Notes: a model not told the origin generated them from the sequence alone. A DNA stretch of 64,000 nt from Nitrospira sp. (GCA_047150005.1 AP038806.1:1664001-1728000); one strand, 5' to 3'. Shown: positions 37,713 through 48,535, numbered from the stretch's first letter. Numbers and translations: made by a program.

Positions 37713-37828
37713 TTCGAGGAACGCGCTGCGCCCCATAGGATGGGGAGGCTCAAGGGACCCCCCCGATCCCTACGTATCATGGGCGCCATTGCCAATAAGA
37801 ACTTCAACAATACAGAAAGGACGAGGAC

Positions 37829-38947
37829 ATGAAGATCGCGCAGATATCTCCGCTCTGGGAAAGCGTACCTCCAAAACTCTATGGAGGCACCGAACGGATC
37901 GTTTCTTATTTGACCGAAGAACTGGTCCGCCAAGGCCACGAAGTCACCCTCTTCGCAAGCGGGGATTCCAAGACCAACGCGAAATTGCAATCGTTCTGCC
38001 CTCACGCGTTGCGCTTGAACACCGGGCTGGTGAACCGCGATGCCCCGCTGGTGCTTCAGCTCGAGCGGGCTCTGGGGGCCGCGGCCGATGAGTTCGACAT
38101 CGTGCATTCGCATCTCGACTTTCTGGGATTTCCGATGAGCCGTCGTGCACATGTTCCCGTCGTCACCACGATGCACGGACGACTGGACCTGCCCGAGCTG
38201 GGCCCGATCTTTCAGGAGTACGCCGAGATGGCGGTCGTGTCCATTTCCAACGCGCAACGGACCCCGCTGCCCGGCGCGAACTGGGCGGATACCGTGTATC
38301 ACGGCATTCCGGCCAACCTGTACCGACCGCATGATCAGCCGGGATCCTACCTCGCATTTCTCGGGCGCATTTCTCCCGAAAAGTGCCCGGATCATGCCAT
38401 CGAACTCGCTAAGCGGGTCGGACTCCCGCTCCGCATCGCCGCCAAGGTCGATCCCGCGGACCAGGAGTATTTCAAACAGAAGATTGAACGGTTGCTCGAC
38501 CATCCGCTGGTGGAATACGTGGGAGAAATCAACGACGCGGAGAAGGACGACTTTCTCGGCCATGCGGCGGCGCTGGTCTGCCCCTACGACTGGCCGGAAC
38601 CCTTCGGGCTTGTGCTGATTGAAGCGATGGCCTGCGGAACTCCGGTCCTGGCATATCGGCGCGGGTCTATCCCCGAGGTCATCGACCATGGAGTGACAGG
38701 CCTTGTCTGCGACGATCTGGACGATATGGTGCAGGCGGTCCCGCGCATTTCGTTGATCGACCGTCGGCGGTGCCGGGAGGTCTTCGAATCACGCTTTACG
38801 GTGGAGCGCATGGTGCGTGAGTATGTGGCCCTGTATGAGCGGTTGATCGCCCTGCCGGTCCGGACCAAGCCTCATGCGCATGTCCGAGGCGGCAATCAGG
38901 GGTTGGTCGGAGCAGGAAGCACATTGACCAAGCCGGATGCGGCCTAG
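37829..38947 (+). CDS. glycosyltransferase family 4
   Basis: VPPKLYGGTER, FLGRISPEK, WPEPFGLVLIEAMACGTPV. Confidence 0.92.
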   Translation: MKIAQISPLWESVPPKLYGGTERIVSYLTEELVRQGHEVTLFASGDSKTNAKLQSFCPHALRLNTGLVNRDAPLVLQLERALGAAADEFDIVHSHLDFLGFPMSRRAHVPVVTTMHGRLDLPELGPIFQEYAEMAVVSISNAQRTPLPGANWADTVYHGIPANLYRPHDQPGSYLAFLGRISPEKCPDHAIELAKRVGLPLRIAAKVDPADQEYFKQKIERLLDHPLVEYVGEINDAEKDDFLGHAAALVCPYDWPEPFGLVLIEAMACGTPVLAYRRGSIPEVIDHGVTGLVCDDLDDMVQAVPRISLIDRRRCREVFESRFTVERMVREYVALYERLIALPVRTKPHAHVRGGNQGLVGAGSTLTKPDAA

Positions 38948-38989
38948 GCTGGGCGTGCAAGGATCGGAGACGGTGGCTCGTGATTCGAG

Positions 38990-39903
38990 TCACCGTCTCG
39001 ACAGCCGGGACTGCATCGCATCCGTCACGGCTCGTGCCGATCGTTCGTAGCCCTCCCAAGGATCGTGGGTCTGATCCTTGATCCGCTCCATGATATTCAT
39101 TACCGTGAATCGATCGGATTTCAGCTTCGGACTCAGTTCATCCCAGGAGATCGGCGCGCAGATTGGCGCGCCGGACTTGGCTCTGGGCGAATAGGCGGCG
39201 ATGGCCGTCGCGCCCCGGGCATTGCGCAGGTAGTCGATGAACACCTTCCCTTTCCTCGCCCGTTGGCCATGACGGCCGTGAACCGTTCCGGGATCGTTGC
39301 CGCCATGTGATCGGCGGCCGATTTGGCAAACTCCTTGGCCTCTTCCCAACCCACATTTCGCTGGATTGGTGCGACCACGTGCAGGCCGCGGCCTCCCGTC
39401 GTCCTGAGAAAGCATACGAGGCCGAGCTCCGTGAGCAGGCCTTTCATCAGCTGCGCCGCCTCGACGACGCGTGCCCACGGCAGTGAAGGATCGGGATCCA
39501 AGTCGAACGTTAGCCGATCCGGCCGGTCCAGTCGGTCGCGCGTGGCGCCCCAGGTCTGTCACTCGAGCACGCCCATCTGCACGAGGTCCAGCAACGCCCC
39601 GAGCGAGTCCGCCGTCATATACGTTGCTCGACCGCCGTCCTCCTCGATCTCGACGCGACCGATCGCCGGCGGCATCCGCTCATTGACGTGCTTCTGATAA
39701 AAGCACTCCTGATAACCTTGCGGACAGCGGACAAGGGTCAACGGACGTCCGCGCAGGTGCGGAAGGATGCGATCGGCGATCAACTCGTAATACCGGGCCA
39801 GGTCCTTCTTGGTCAGGCCGGCGTCGCTTGGTTAAGGGGTCCGGCCGAAGTCGCGCTTGAGACGGTAGCGTCGGAGTTGTCGGGCGATCTCGCCGCTCTT
39901 CAC
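38990..39903 (-). pseudogene. ligD: decayed LigD (N-terminal stub fused to polymerase domain)
   Basis: RYRLKRDFGRTP*P joined to GLTKKDLARYY...RPLTLVRCPQG...FDLDPDP...TTGGRGLHV...IDYLRNARG; TAA at 39832-4, TGA at 39559-61, frameshift near 39260; PE and ligase domains missing. Confidence 0.85.
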
Positions 39904-40007
39904 AGCTGACAGGCTCCGTCGGTCGTCATCCACCTTATCGACGCCACGTGCGGAAGCACCAGATCAAGCTAGGGCCAAGAATTTCGCAAAGAAATCAGAT
40001 CGCGATA

Positions 40008-40023
40008 CTAGGGATGTTCCCAG
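40008..40023. promoter_or_regulatory. 16-bp palindromic box between ligD and crp
   Basis: CTAGGGATGTTCCCAG. Confidence 0.65.
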
Positions 40024-40073
40024 TACAAGATGCGGGGGATCGCCGGGATAGTAAAAAATGGACGCGGTCATCG

Positions 40074-40826
40074 ATGACTACGGAAATAGATAAGGATCTA
40101 GACAGGAGAATGGAACGGGATTTTCCCGAATGCCGCAATGCCATACTGGCAGCGTTGCCGGAGAAAGAATTGCGGCTGGTTCGTGAGTGGGGCCATCGAG
40201 TGTCATTCCACGAGGGCAAAATCCTCCAGTCGGCCGGCACGGCATGCGAATGGCTGTTCTTTCCCACGAGCGCCGCCCTGTCGCTGATGGCGGTGACCCA
40301 GGACGGGCTCTCGATCGAGACGGGGCTGATCGGCCAAGAGGGCATGGTCGGCCTGCTGCAGTTTTCCGGGTCTCGGAGTCAGTCGCTCGAATGCATGGTC
40401 CAGCACGGCGGAATGGCCTGTCAACTGTCGTCGTCGGTGCGGCGGGCGCAACTGCCCACCCTGTATGAACTCGTCTTGCGCTACGCGGGATATCGGTTGG
40501 CGGAACTGGCGCAAACCGCGATCTGCAACAGGTTTCACTTGGTGCGGCAGCGATTGAGCCGGTGGCTGCTGACGGCTCAGGATCGTACGGGCCAGCAGGA
40601 GTTGGAGTTTACCCAGGAAATGCTGTCCGCTATTGTGGGAGCCAGACGACCGGTGGTGACGTCATTGATCGGAAGGATGCAGAGCGAGGGCCTGATTGAA
40701 TATCGGCGAGGATGCCTGGTCATCCAGGACCGGCCGGGATTGGAGACGTCGTCGTGCGAATGCTACGGAATTCTGTGCGACGCATTGGCCGAATATCTGC
40801 AGAGCTTGCCCCTCCGGCATTCCTAG
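40074..40826 (+). CDS. Crp/Fnr-family transcriptional regulator
   Basis: NAILAALP, GQEGMVG, QTAICNRFH, TQEMLSAIVGARR, YRRG, SCECY. Confidence 0.88.
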   Translation: MTTEIDKDLDRRMERDFPECRNAILAALPEKELRLVREWGHRVSFHEGKILQSAGTACEWLFFPTSAALSLMAVTQDGLSIETGLIGQEGMVGLLQFSGSRSQSLECMVQHGGMACQLSSSVRRAQLPTLYELVLRYAGYRLAELAQTAICNRFHLVRQRLSRWLLTAQDRTGQQELEFTQEMLSAIVGARRPVVTSLIGRMQSEGLIEYRRGCLVIQDRPGLETSSCECYGILCDALAEYLQSLPLRHS

Positions 40827-40957
40827 GCTATTCCTAGCTTACCTAGCCTGTCTCAGGTCCTGCCTGGTCAACCCGCCTCATCGGATCCACGATTCACCGA
40901 CATCGTCAGCCGTATGACAGACAGGCACGCGCCGATAGGGTATTGTGAACCGGCAAC

Positions 40958-41311
40958 GTGGGCTTGATCAAGGACGCCCAGCCGAACGCGTTCAGCGCGG
41001 ACTCACGAACGGACAATCGCATCCTTGGCTCTCTGAGTCAGACCGATCGTCGATTACTGTGGGCCTCGATGGAACTGGTGTCCCTCGCCAAAGGGACGAT
41101 CGTCGAGACCACGGACGAACCCGTGGCCTTTGCATACTTTCCCGTCCAAGCGGTCCTCTCGTTGTTCGGCACCGTCGGGGACGAGTGCAAGCTCGAGATC
41201 GCCATCATTCTTCACCGCCAGGAACTCGAACGGCGGACTTGCGAATGCTATGCCCTTCTCGCCAAGCACATTCGGGACACGCCGCCTGCCTTGCCGGGCT
41301 TCGAATATTGA
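40958..41311 (+). pseudogene. internally deleted second Crp/Fnr copy
   Basis: N-terminus (NRILGSL...AYFP...LEIAI) fused directly to C-terminus (ILHRQELERRTCECY); HTH absent. Confidence 0.75.
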
Positions 41312-41557
41312 GATGACCGCATGAGGGGCGCATGACCGCGTCGCGCTTTGCACGACCGCGTCGGCCTTGGGTGTCCGCGCCTACATCGAGAAAACCGAGG
41401 GGAGCGAGAAAGCCGTTGTCGAAGCGGTACGGGAATGTCTGAGGCAGCCGGAGGGGCCAGGCACCTGACGTGGCGGCTTTTCCGATGCGAGGGCGGCAGA
41501 TGGCCGCACTATCGGCGCGTTGCGCATCCGGTGTTCCCGGAAGGGATGGGCACCCGA

Positions 41558-43702
41558 CTAGGAGGGAGAAGACAGAATCTCGACGGACAGGTCCCCGGCC
41601 ACGCGGCTTACGTGCGTTTCCAGGATGCCGTCCCGATTGCGCTCGAAGCGCAGATCGACCGAACCCTTCCCGACCCGCAGCCGCCTGATCTCCGCGCGCC
41701 GGACGAAGTCCGGAAGACAGGGACGCACGACCTCCAGCCGTTTCTCGAAGGCTTTGGGAGTCAGGCCCAGCGAGGTTTCGACCAGGTAGGGCACAGAGCC
41801 GGCCGCCCAGGCCTGCGGGTGACAGGCCACCGGATAGCGGACCGGCACGCCGTATTCGCTGCGGGAGAATCCGGTGAAGAGTTCGGGAAGCCGGTGATCT
41901 TCGAATTCGATGGCGGCGTCCAACAGTCCGACGAACAGGCGCCGGGCCTCTTCGTCGAATCCATAGCGGCGGAACCCCGCCGCGATCAGCGAATTGTCGT
42001 GCGGCCATACGGTGCCGAGGTGATAGCCCATCGGATTGTATCGGCGTTCCTGAAGCGACAGGGTCCGGATCCCCCACCCGTTGAACATGTCCGGTTGCAT
42101 CAGCCGATTCACGACCCGGCCGGCATTCCGTTCATCCACGATGCCGCTCCAGAGCGCCTGTCCGGCGTTGGAGGAAATCACACGGCAGGCCCGGTGCTCC
42201 GCTTCCAGCGCCAAGGCATAACATCCCTCGTCTTCCATCCAGAACTCCCGGTTGAAACGTGCACGCAAGGCGTCCGCCTCCGCGCGCAGGCGGGCCGCCA
42301 GCCGCGGCTCGCCGTCCCGCTCGAACAATTCGGCGATCGAGGTCTTGGCGAGATAGACATAGCCCTGCACTTCCGCCAGGGCGATCGGCGGATGAGCGAG
42401 CCGTCCCTCGGAAGTCATGACCGCGTCGCCGGAATCCTTCCACCCTTGGTTGAGCAGCCCGTTCTTCGTGTTCCCGGAGTAACTGACATAGCCGTCTCCC
42501 GCTTCGTCGCCGTATCGCTCGATCCAGTCGAGCGCCCGCTCGACGGAGGGCCGGAGTTCCTGGAAGAGCGCAAGGTCTCCGGTCCATTGCGCGTGCCGGC
42601 TGAGCAGGATCAAGAAGAGGGGGGTGGCGTCGATCGTCCCGTAGTACGGCGTGTGGGGGATCTTGTTCATCCTCGCTAATTCCCCGACCCGGAGCTCGTG
42701 CAGGATCTTGCCCGGCTGCTCGTCGCGCCACTCGTTGACTTCGGCTCCTTGATACCGCGCCAGGAGCCGCAGCGTGTCCGCGGGCGTGTCCGGCCAGAAT
42801 GCCAGCGCCTGCAGCGAGGCGATGAGAGAGTCCCGTCCAAACAAGGTGGCGAACCAAGGGATACCCGCGGCGAAGAATTCGTCGCCCCCGAGCGAGGTTT
42901 TCAGCATCTGCAGATCCATCAGCGAGCGGCGCATGACCCGGTTCAGGAGCAGGCTGTCGCTGTCGAATTCCGTTTCCGGTTTCGTCCGCTCGTCGCGGGA
43001 CGCCCGGGTTTCGGGCAGATCGACGGAGGAGCGGACATGCGCGACGGTCCGGTTGGAGGGATTCTCGATTTCGTCGATCGCCAGCACGATCCGGAGCTGC
43101 GTGTTTTCGCTGGGTCGAAATTTGAGACGAAACTCGACAGCGGCGCCCTTGATCACGGTAGGAAGCGGATCGAAGTGGATCGCCAGGCTTCTGAAGATCC
43201 CGTCTCCGCCTGAATAGGAAAACACCAGGCGCTTGTCGAGCCATCGCGGCCGCCACAGTTTCCCTTTGGATTCCCGCACGATGCCGCGGATGGCGAAGAC
43301 GTCTTCGAACCCCGCGCGAAAGCGCATCCGCAGCGCGAACTCGACCGGCTCGAACCCGAAATTCTGAATGTCGAGTCGCTCGTGCAGGACGCAAGACTCG
43401 GCATCGATGATGCGTTCCCACTTGAGGCCGACGGTTTCTCGATCAATGATGCGGCCGTCGGAGGCCCGGAACTCGGGCGTGGTCAGCTGAAAGACCGCCC
43501 GAGCCCCTTCCGACGAGCGGGCCGCCAGCGCCTCCGGATGCTCGTCCTCCACCATCAATTCATACCCGCTCAGGTAGCGGCAATCGTGATAATAGAGTCC
43601 GAAGCCGTGTCCTTTGGTCAGCGGCACGTCGCCTTCCGGCGGCGACAGGAAAAACAGGTTGCCCTGCTTGATAACGACGGCTTTGGCAATGCTGTATGCC
43701 AC
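41558..43702 (-). CDS. amylo-alpha-1,6-glucosidase / glycogen-debranching-like hydrolase
   Basis: GLYYHDCRYLS, AAGIPWFATLFGRDS, EQPGKILHELR, QGWKDSGD, YHLGTVWPHDN, PQAWAAG. Confidence 0.88.
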   Translation of the reverse strand: MAYSIAKAVVIKQGNLFFLSPPEGDVPLTKGHGFGLYYHDCRYLSGYELMVEDEHPEALAARSSEGARAVFQLTTPEFRASDGRIIDRETVGLKWERIIDAESCVLHERLDIQNFGFEPVEFALRMRFRAGFEDVFAIRGIVRESKGKLWRPRWLDKRLVFSYSGGDGIFRSLAIHFDPLPTVIKGAAVEFRLKFRPSENTQLRIVLAIDEIENPSNRTVAHVRSSVDLPETRASRDERTKPETEFDSDSLLLNRVMRRSLMDLQMLKTSLGGDEFFAAGIPWFATLFGRDSLIASLQALAFWPDTPADTLRLLARYQGAEVNEWRDEQPGKILHELRVGELARMNKIPHTPYYGTIDATPLFLILLSRHAQWTGDLALFQELRPSVERALDWIERYGDEAGDGYVSYSGNTKNGLLNQGWKDSGDAVMTSEGRLAHPPIALAEVQGYVYLAKTSIAELFERDGEPRLAARLRAEADALRARFNREFWMEDEGCYALALEAEHRACRVISSNAGQALWSGIVDERNAGRVVNRLMQPDMFNGWGIRTLSLQERRYNPMGYHLGTVWPHDNSLIAAGFRRYGFDEEARRLFVGLLDAAIEFEDHRLPELFTGFSRSEYGVPVRYPVACHPQAWAAGSVPYLVETSLGLTPKAFEKRLEVVRPCLPDFVRRAEIRRLRVGKGSVDLRFERNRDGILETHVSRVAGDLSVEILSSPS

Positions 43703-43756
43703 GGTGTTCGTGTCCTCTCTTCGCGTCTTGGGTTGCGTGCGGTGGAACCGGTCTGA

Positions 43757-44263
43757 TCAGACCACTTCCCGGATCTTGTTTTCCACCACGGTTCGAATGA
43801 TCTCCCAACGATCCGGCTGGCCCTTGGTGAGCGCCTTCACGAACTGCCAGGCCTGATCGGTTGTGAGCTTCCCGGGCAGCGGGGGCTCGCTGGGATCGAC
43901 CACCGCTTCGACCAAGGCGGGGCCGGGCTGTTTGAACGCCTCCTCAGAGGACACCGGCGACATGCCTCGGATCGGCCACCTGCCACCCCGGGACGCCGCA
44001 TGCCCGCGCCACCGCCGCGAAGTCGATCGGCTGTAATTGCACACCGTACTGCGGATTGCCTTCAAACGCCAGCTGTTCCCATTTAATCATGCCCGGCTGG
44101 TGATTCTTGATCACGATGACCTTGACGGGCAATCGGTATTTCGCGATCGTCGCCAGTTTGCCCATCAGCATCGTGAAGCCTCCGTCTCCCGCGCAACAGA
44201 CCACCTGCCGGCCCGAAAACGCGATCGCCGGTCGATGAGCAGGTCTCCCACCGTGTCGGCCAT
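43757..44263 (-). pseudogene. TPP-dependent pyruvate oxidase/dehydrogenase remnant
   Basis: RBS + MADTVGDLLIDR joined out of frame to the C-terminal TPP domain (GDGGFTMLMG...IKN...IKWEQ...GNP); second frameshift near 43950. Confidence 0.8.
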
Positions 44264-44359
44264 GGACACTCCTTTTCGCACCCTTCTCCTGTCCGTTTTC
44301 GTCGGGCGGGGGCATCTGCATCCGCTACCCGCTCTCGACCGGCGCCTGTCCGGTCCCGG

Positions 44360-46387
44360 TTAGGCGTTCCGCACCATGAGGTGGGCTCTCAGGACCTCTG
44401 CCACACTCCAGGCTTGGGCAATGCATCCACGGGGCCGGTAGGGAGGTTCGGCGTCGAAGATCTCGCTGATGGTCCCGATGCCGGCATCTTCAAGGTGCGT
44501 ATGAAAGGCGGCGAGCAGACCGCGTGCCGCTGCCTTGTCGCCGTCGACGCGCAGTCGCGCGTCGAGATAATGCCCGATGAGCCAGGCCCACACGGTCCCT
44601 TGGTGATAGGCGGCATCCCGTGCGCGCCGGTCTCCCGAATACGCAGGTTTATAATCCGGATCCGCCGGCGAGAGGGAGCGCAAGCCGAAGGGCGTGAGCA
44701 GCCGCTCGGTGACGAGTTCCACGACCGGCCGCCACCGTTCCGGGCGGAGCACCGGGAATCTGAGCGACAGGGAAAAGATTTGATTCGGGCGCAGGCTGGC
44801 ATCGTCGCCCCGCTCGCCGTCGATCACGTCGTACAGATGCCGGCCCGGCTCATACCAGAAGCGGCGGTGAAAGGAGGCTTCTACCTGCCGGGCCAGCCCG
44901 CGCCACGGATCCGGCGGCTCTCCCAACCGGTCGGCCCACCGAGCCATAAGCCGTAAGGCATTGTACCAGAGCGCCTGAATCTCGACCGGCTTTCCGCGGC
45001 GCGGCGTGACGACCCAGTCGTCGACCTTGGCGTCCATCCAGGTCAGTTGATAGCCGGGAGCGCCGGCCCGGAGGAGGCCGTCATCGGGATCGACCATGAT
45101 ATTGAAGTGCGTCCCTTCCCGATGGCGGCGTATCACGTCCTTCAGGACCGGGTACAGCGCCATTAATGTGTCGTGATCATCTGTCGCACACAGATACCGG
45201 TCCAGCGCATGGAAATACCAGAGCGTGGCGTCGGCCGTGTGATACAACCCCTCCCGCGCGCCTTCGGGAAAGAGATTGGGGATCAACCCGTCCTTGATGT
45301 GGCGCGCGAACGTCCGGAGAATGGCCTTTGCTTCCTGATGTCGTCCGGTGCAGAGCGTCAGCCCTTCCAAGCTGATCATCGTATCGCGTCCCCAGTCCCC
45401 GAACCAATGATATCCGGCGATGACTGTCCGAGCCTCGTCCCCCGACGCGTGGGCCGGAACCTGCTCCTGAGGTCTCGCGCCGCGCATGACGATGAATTGG
45501 TCCGCAGCCAATCGGAGCTGTCGAGCATAGTCGTCAGCAGACAGTTCCGGCGAGACGAGCAGCAGCTGTTCCTGCCGACCGCGTTCCGCTTCGAAGATCT
45601 GAGACACGTCGGCTTCCAACCGGTCCCAGGGCTCCACACTGAACAGGATGGCGATCGACTCTCCCGCCCGAAGATCAGCGGAGAAATAGCCGGGGCTGAA
45701 GAGGTCTTCAACATGGTCGGATCCGCGATCCCGGTCGACCCGGTAGCAGACGTTGGCGCTGACGAGGGTGTCGGCCACGAACAGACCGCGCTGAGACCGC
45801 AGGCCCAGCTTCAAGGCCGGCAAGCAGTCCGGCAGCGCGATCTCGTACCGTTCGTCCACGATCGTCAACGGACAGGAAGGCGCACGTCGATCGGGCAGCG
45901 GTGCATCGTGCAACCGGCATGTGATGAAGGGACGGAGCTGCAGACGGACCGGCGGCCCCTTGCGCAACCGGTAATGGACGTACACGGTGTTTTGTCCGTG
46001 GGGCGCGACGACCCGTTTCTCGAGTATCGACCCTCCCACGTTGAACGTCCATACCGGGGTCTGGCGGTCACGGTGAAAGTCCTCAAGACAACGGAGCCCG
46101 TCGCCGTCGATGGCACCGTCGGCGTATTCCGCGCCGGCCAGCAGTAACCGCTCGCCGTCTTGCTCGACTGTGTCATCCAGGCGCGGAACGATCACGAGGC
46201 GACCGCGCCCCGGGATATCCGGGACGAAGAGTCCATGGTAGCGGCGGGTGGCAATGCCGAGCAGCGAGCTGGAGGCATAACCGCCGACGCCGTTCGTCAC
46301 CAGCCATTCTTTGGCGAGCCAGGACGACACGCCGTCGTGCGACGGCGTGGAACGAATCGGTTCGGGGGTCGTCATGGTCATGGGCAT
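44360..46387 (-). CDS. amylo-alpha-1,6-glucosidase (GDE_N + GDE_C)
   Basis: EWLVTNGVGGYAS...TRRYHGL, IAGYHWFGDWGRDTMISLEG, TWMDAK, RPNQ, YHQGTVWAW, AQAWSVAE. Confidence 0.9.
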   Translation of the reverse strand: MPMTMTTPEPIRSTPSHDGVSSWLAKEWLVTNGVGGYASSSLLGIATRRYHGLFVPDIPGRGRLVIVPRLDDTVEQDGERLLLAGAEYADGAIDGDGLRCLEDFHRDRQTPVWTFNVGGSILEKRVVAPHGQNTVYVHYRLRKGPPVRLQLRPFITCRLHDAPLPDRRAPSCPLTIVDERYEIALPDCLPALKLGLRSQRGLFVADTLVSANVCYRVDRDRGSDHVEDLFSPGYFSADLRAGESIAILFSVEPWDRLEADVSQIFEAERGRQEQLLLVSPELSADDYARQLRLAADQFIVMRGARPQEQVPAHASGDEARTVIAGYHWFGDWGRDTMISLEGLTLCTGRHQEAKAILRTFARHIKDGLIPNLFPEGAREGLYHTADATLWYFHALDRYLCATDDHDTLMALYPVLKDVIRRHREGTHFNIMVDPDDGLLRAGAPGYQLTWMDAKVDDWVVTPRRGKPVEIQALWYNALRLMARWADRLGEPPDPWRGLARQVEASFHRRFWYEPGRHLYDVIDGERGDDASLRPNQIFSLSLRFPVLRPERWRPVVELVTERLLTPFGLRSLSPADPDYKPAYSGDRRARDAAYHQGTVWAWLIGHYLDARLRVDGDKAAARGLLAAFHTHLEDAGIGTISEIFDAEPPYRPRGCIAQAWSVAEVLRAHLMVRNA

Positions 46388-46417
46388 GCGCAACGTTTCT
46401 CTCAAGGATGATCAGGA

Positions 46418-48340
46418 TTACGGCGTCTCCGACTTCGCGGCGACGAACAGCGTGGCGGTCGCGCCTGGCACCACCCATCCTCGTTCCGACAACGGATTGA
46501 CGATGCCGGGCCCCCCGTAGAGAGGATGGTCGCTCGACCAGTGCAGGATCCACGATCCTCCCGCAACCGGAGCCAACAGCGGTTCGGGTGCCGGGATCAA
46601 TGGTAGATCCGGTCCGAGGTTGACCACCAGGAGGCGGTCCTCCTCCGAGTCCGTGAAATGGCGCAGCACCAACGCCTGCGGACCGAGTACCGCGCCGTCG
46701 ATCAACCGGCGATTCTGGCGGCCAAGCACCCCATCCTCTCTGCGTAGGCGCAGCAGATCCTGATGGAGGCGATACTGCGCGGCATGGCGCACCCGTTCGG
46801 ACAGATCCAGACGCGAGCGTTCAAACGTGGCGAGATCTCCCGGGTCCGGCATCGCCTCCTGAGCCTCGGCGGTGGCGTACGGAGGAAACTCCGACAAAAA
46901 CCGCTTGCGCCCTTCGCGGACTTTCTGCGCGAGTTCCGGCACGTGGTCGGCGAAAAAGAGGAACGGGGCGGATGCGGCGAATTCCTGGCCCATGAACAGC
47001 AAGGGCGTTTCCGGGGCGAGCAGGAACAGCGTAACCAGGGCCCGGTACCGAGCCGGTGACGCGAACGCATGGATACGGTCGCCTCGCAGATGATTGGCGA
47101 CCTGATCGTGATTCTGCAGATAGAAGATGAAGCTCTGGGCGGGCTCGTCTTTGACCACCGTGCCTCTGGTAGTCGCCTGCCAGGCATACCGTTGCCCCTG
47201 GTAGAGGAATCCCCGCTTGATCGCAGACAGCAGTTCCTGTGCGCTGCCTCGGTAGTCCGTATAGTAGGCCTCGCTCCGGCCCGACAGGGCCACACGGCAA
47301 GCATGGTGGAAATCCTCGCTCCAGATACCGTCCAGTCCCCATCCGCCCCGCTCGACCGGATGAAGCGCCTCGATCCGTTGCGCCTCGCACTCCGCGATCA
47401 AGATGATCGAGCGTTCCGCCGCCGCCGTCCTGGCGCCCTCCGACAGCTCGGCCAAGATATGGCGGGGTCCGTCGTCGTAGATGGCGTGGACCGCGTCCAA
47501 ACGCAGGCCGTCCAAATGAAACTCGTCGATCCAGTAACAGGCGTTCTGCAGGACGAAATCCCTCGTGCCGTGCGCGTTCGGTCCGTCGAAGTTGACCGCC
47601 TGTCCCCAATCGTTGGGGTGCCGGTCCGTCACATAGTCGTCGCTGTAGGCGGGCAGGTAATTGCCGTCGGGGCCGAAGTGGTTGTAGACCACATCGAGGA
47701 TGACACCGAGTCCCCGCTCATGCGCGGCGTCCACGAAGCGCTTCAACGCCTCATGGTCGCCGTAGCGCCGGCAAGGAGCGAAGAGCGAGGCACCGTCGTA
47801 TCCCCAATTGAAGCGGCCGGGGAACTCGGCCAGGGGCATGAGCTCAATCAGCGTGATGCCGCAACGCTTGAGTTCGTCCAGTTGGTCGGCAGCCGCATCG
47901 AGCGTGCCCTCCGGCGTGAACGTGCCGACATGAAGCTCATACAGTACTTGCCCCCGCAGCGTCATCCCGCGCCAGCCGGATGTACGCCAGACATAGGCGC
48001 GCGGATCGACGATCAACGATGGGCCGTGCGGTCCTTCGGGTTGGAAACGGGAGCAGGGATCGGGGAAGCTGTCCGCTCCGTCCAGGCGGTAGCGGTACAA
48101 CATGCCGGCCATGGCGGCCGGCTCCGATCCGGAAAAATATCCGAGAGGATCTTTCGTCAACGGCACGCTCCGCCCCGTCCCTTCGAAGACCACGTCTACC
48201 CGTTCCCGCTTCGGGGCCCAGACGCGGAAGCCGACTCCATCCTCCCGCATTTGCGCCCCGAGCGTCATGGTCCATTTCCGAATCGACCGGCGTACAGAGG
48301 GGGCGAGCTCGTGAGACGAAAAGGGTCGGGCCGTAGTCAT
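46418..48340 (-). CDS. treZ: malto-oligosyltrehalose trehalohydrolase
   Basis: FRVWAP, PDPCSRFQPEGPHG, YELHVGTFTPEGT, WGYDG, DGLRLDAVH, QNHDQ. Confidence 0.9.
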   Translation of the reverse strand: MTTARPFSSHELAPSVRRSIRKWTMTLGAQMREDGVGFRVWAPKRERVDVVFEGTGRSVPLTKDPLGYFSGSEPAAMAGMLYRYRLDGADSFPDPCSRFQPEGPHGPSLIVDPRAYVWRTSGWRGMTLRGQVLYELHVGTFTPEGTLDAAADQLDELKRCGITLIELMPLAEFPGRFNWGYDGASLFAPCRRYGDHEALKRFVDAAHERGLGVILDVVYNHFGPDGNYLPAYSDDYVTDRHPNDWGQAVNFDGPNAHGTRDFVLQNACYWIDEFHLDGLRLDAVHAIYDDGPRHILAELSEGARTAAAERSIILIAECEAQRIEALHPVERGGWGLDGIWSEDFHHACRVALSGRSEAYYTDYRGSAQELLSAIKRGFLYQGQRYAWQATTRGTVVKDEPAQSFIFYLQNHDQVANHLRGDRIHAFASPARYRALVTLFLLAPETPLLFMGQEFAASAPFLFFADHVPELAQKVREGRKRFLSEFPPYATAEAQEAMPDPGDLATFERSRLDLSERVRHAAQYRLHQDLLRLRREDGVLGRQNRRLIDGAVLGPQALVLRHFTDSEEDRLLVVNLGPDLPLIPAPEPLLAPVAGGSWILHWSSDHPLYGGPGIVNPLSERGWVVPGATATLFVAAKSETP

Positions 48341-48418
48341 TGATGATCTCTCACATAGCCTCGCAATCGACGTGCGTCACGTGCTTCATGATGTAGCATT
48401 TACAGCCGACACTCAAGA

Positions 48419-48535
48419 CTGGGGAAGACCCTAGCAACCATGAAAGCCGCGACTTGCCGCGCGGATACGAGTGCAACCAGCAATCCGCTCGCCTCCCTTC
48501 GGGATCATGTCGTTGGGGGCCGGGGGCTTTCCCAG
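48419..48535. promoter_or_regulatory. 16-bp palindromic boxes between treZ and the DUF3015-like gene
   Basis: CTGGGGAAGACCCTAG (48419-48434), CCGGGGGCTTTCCCAG (48520-48535). Confidence 0.6.

Noticed and set aside
39559..39561. In-frame TGA in ligD as selenocysteine or programmed readthrough
   Set aside because: The same gene also has a TAA, a frameshift and a large deletion, so ordinary decay is the simpler explanation
40821..40848. Three CCTAG in ~25 bp after crp (also a 15-bp variant at 12417)
   Set aside because: Spacing is 15 bp rather than 16, so these were not counted as regulon-1 boxes
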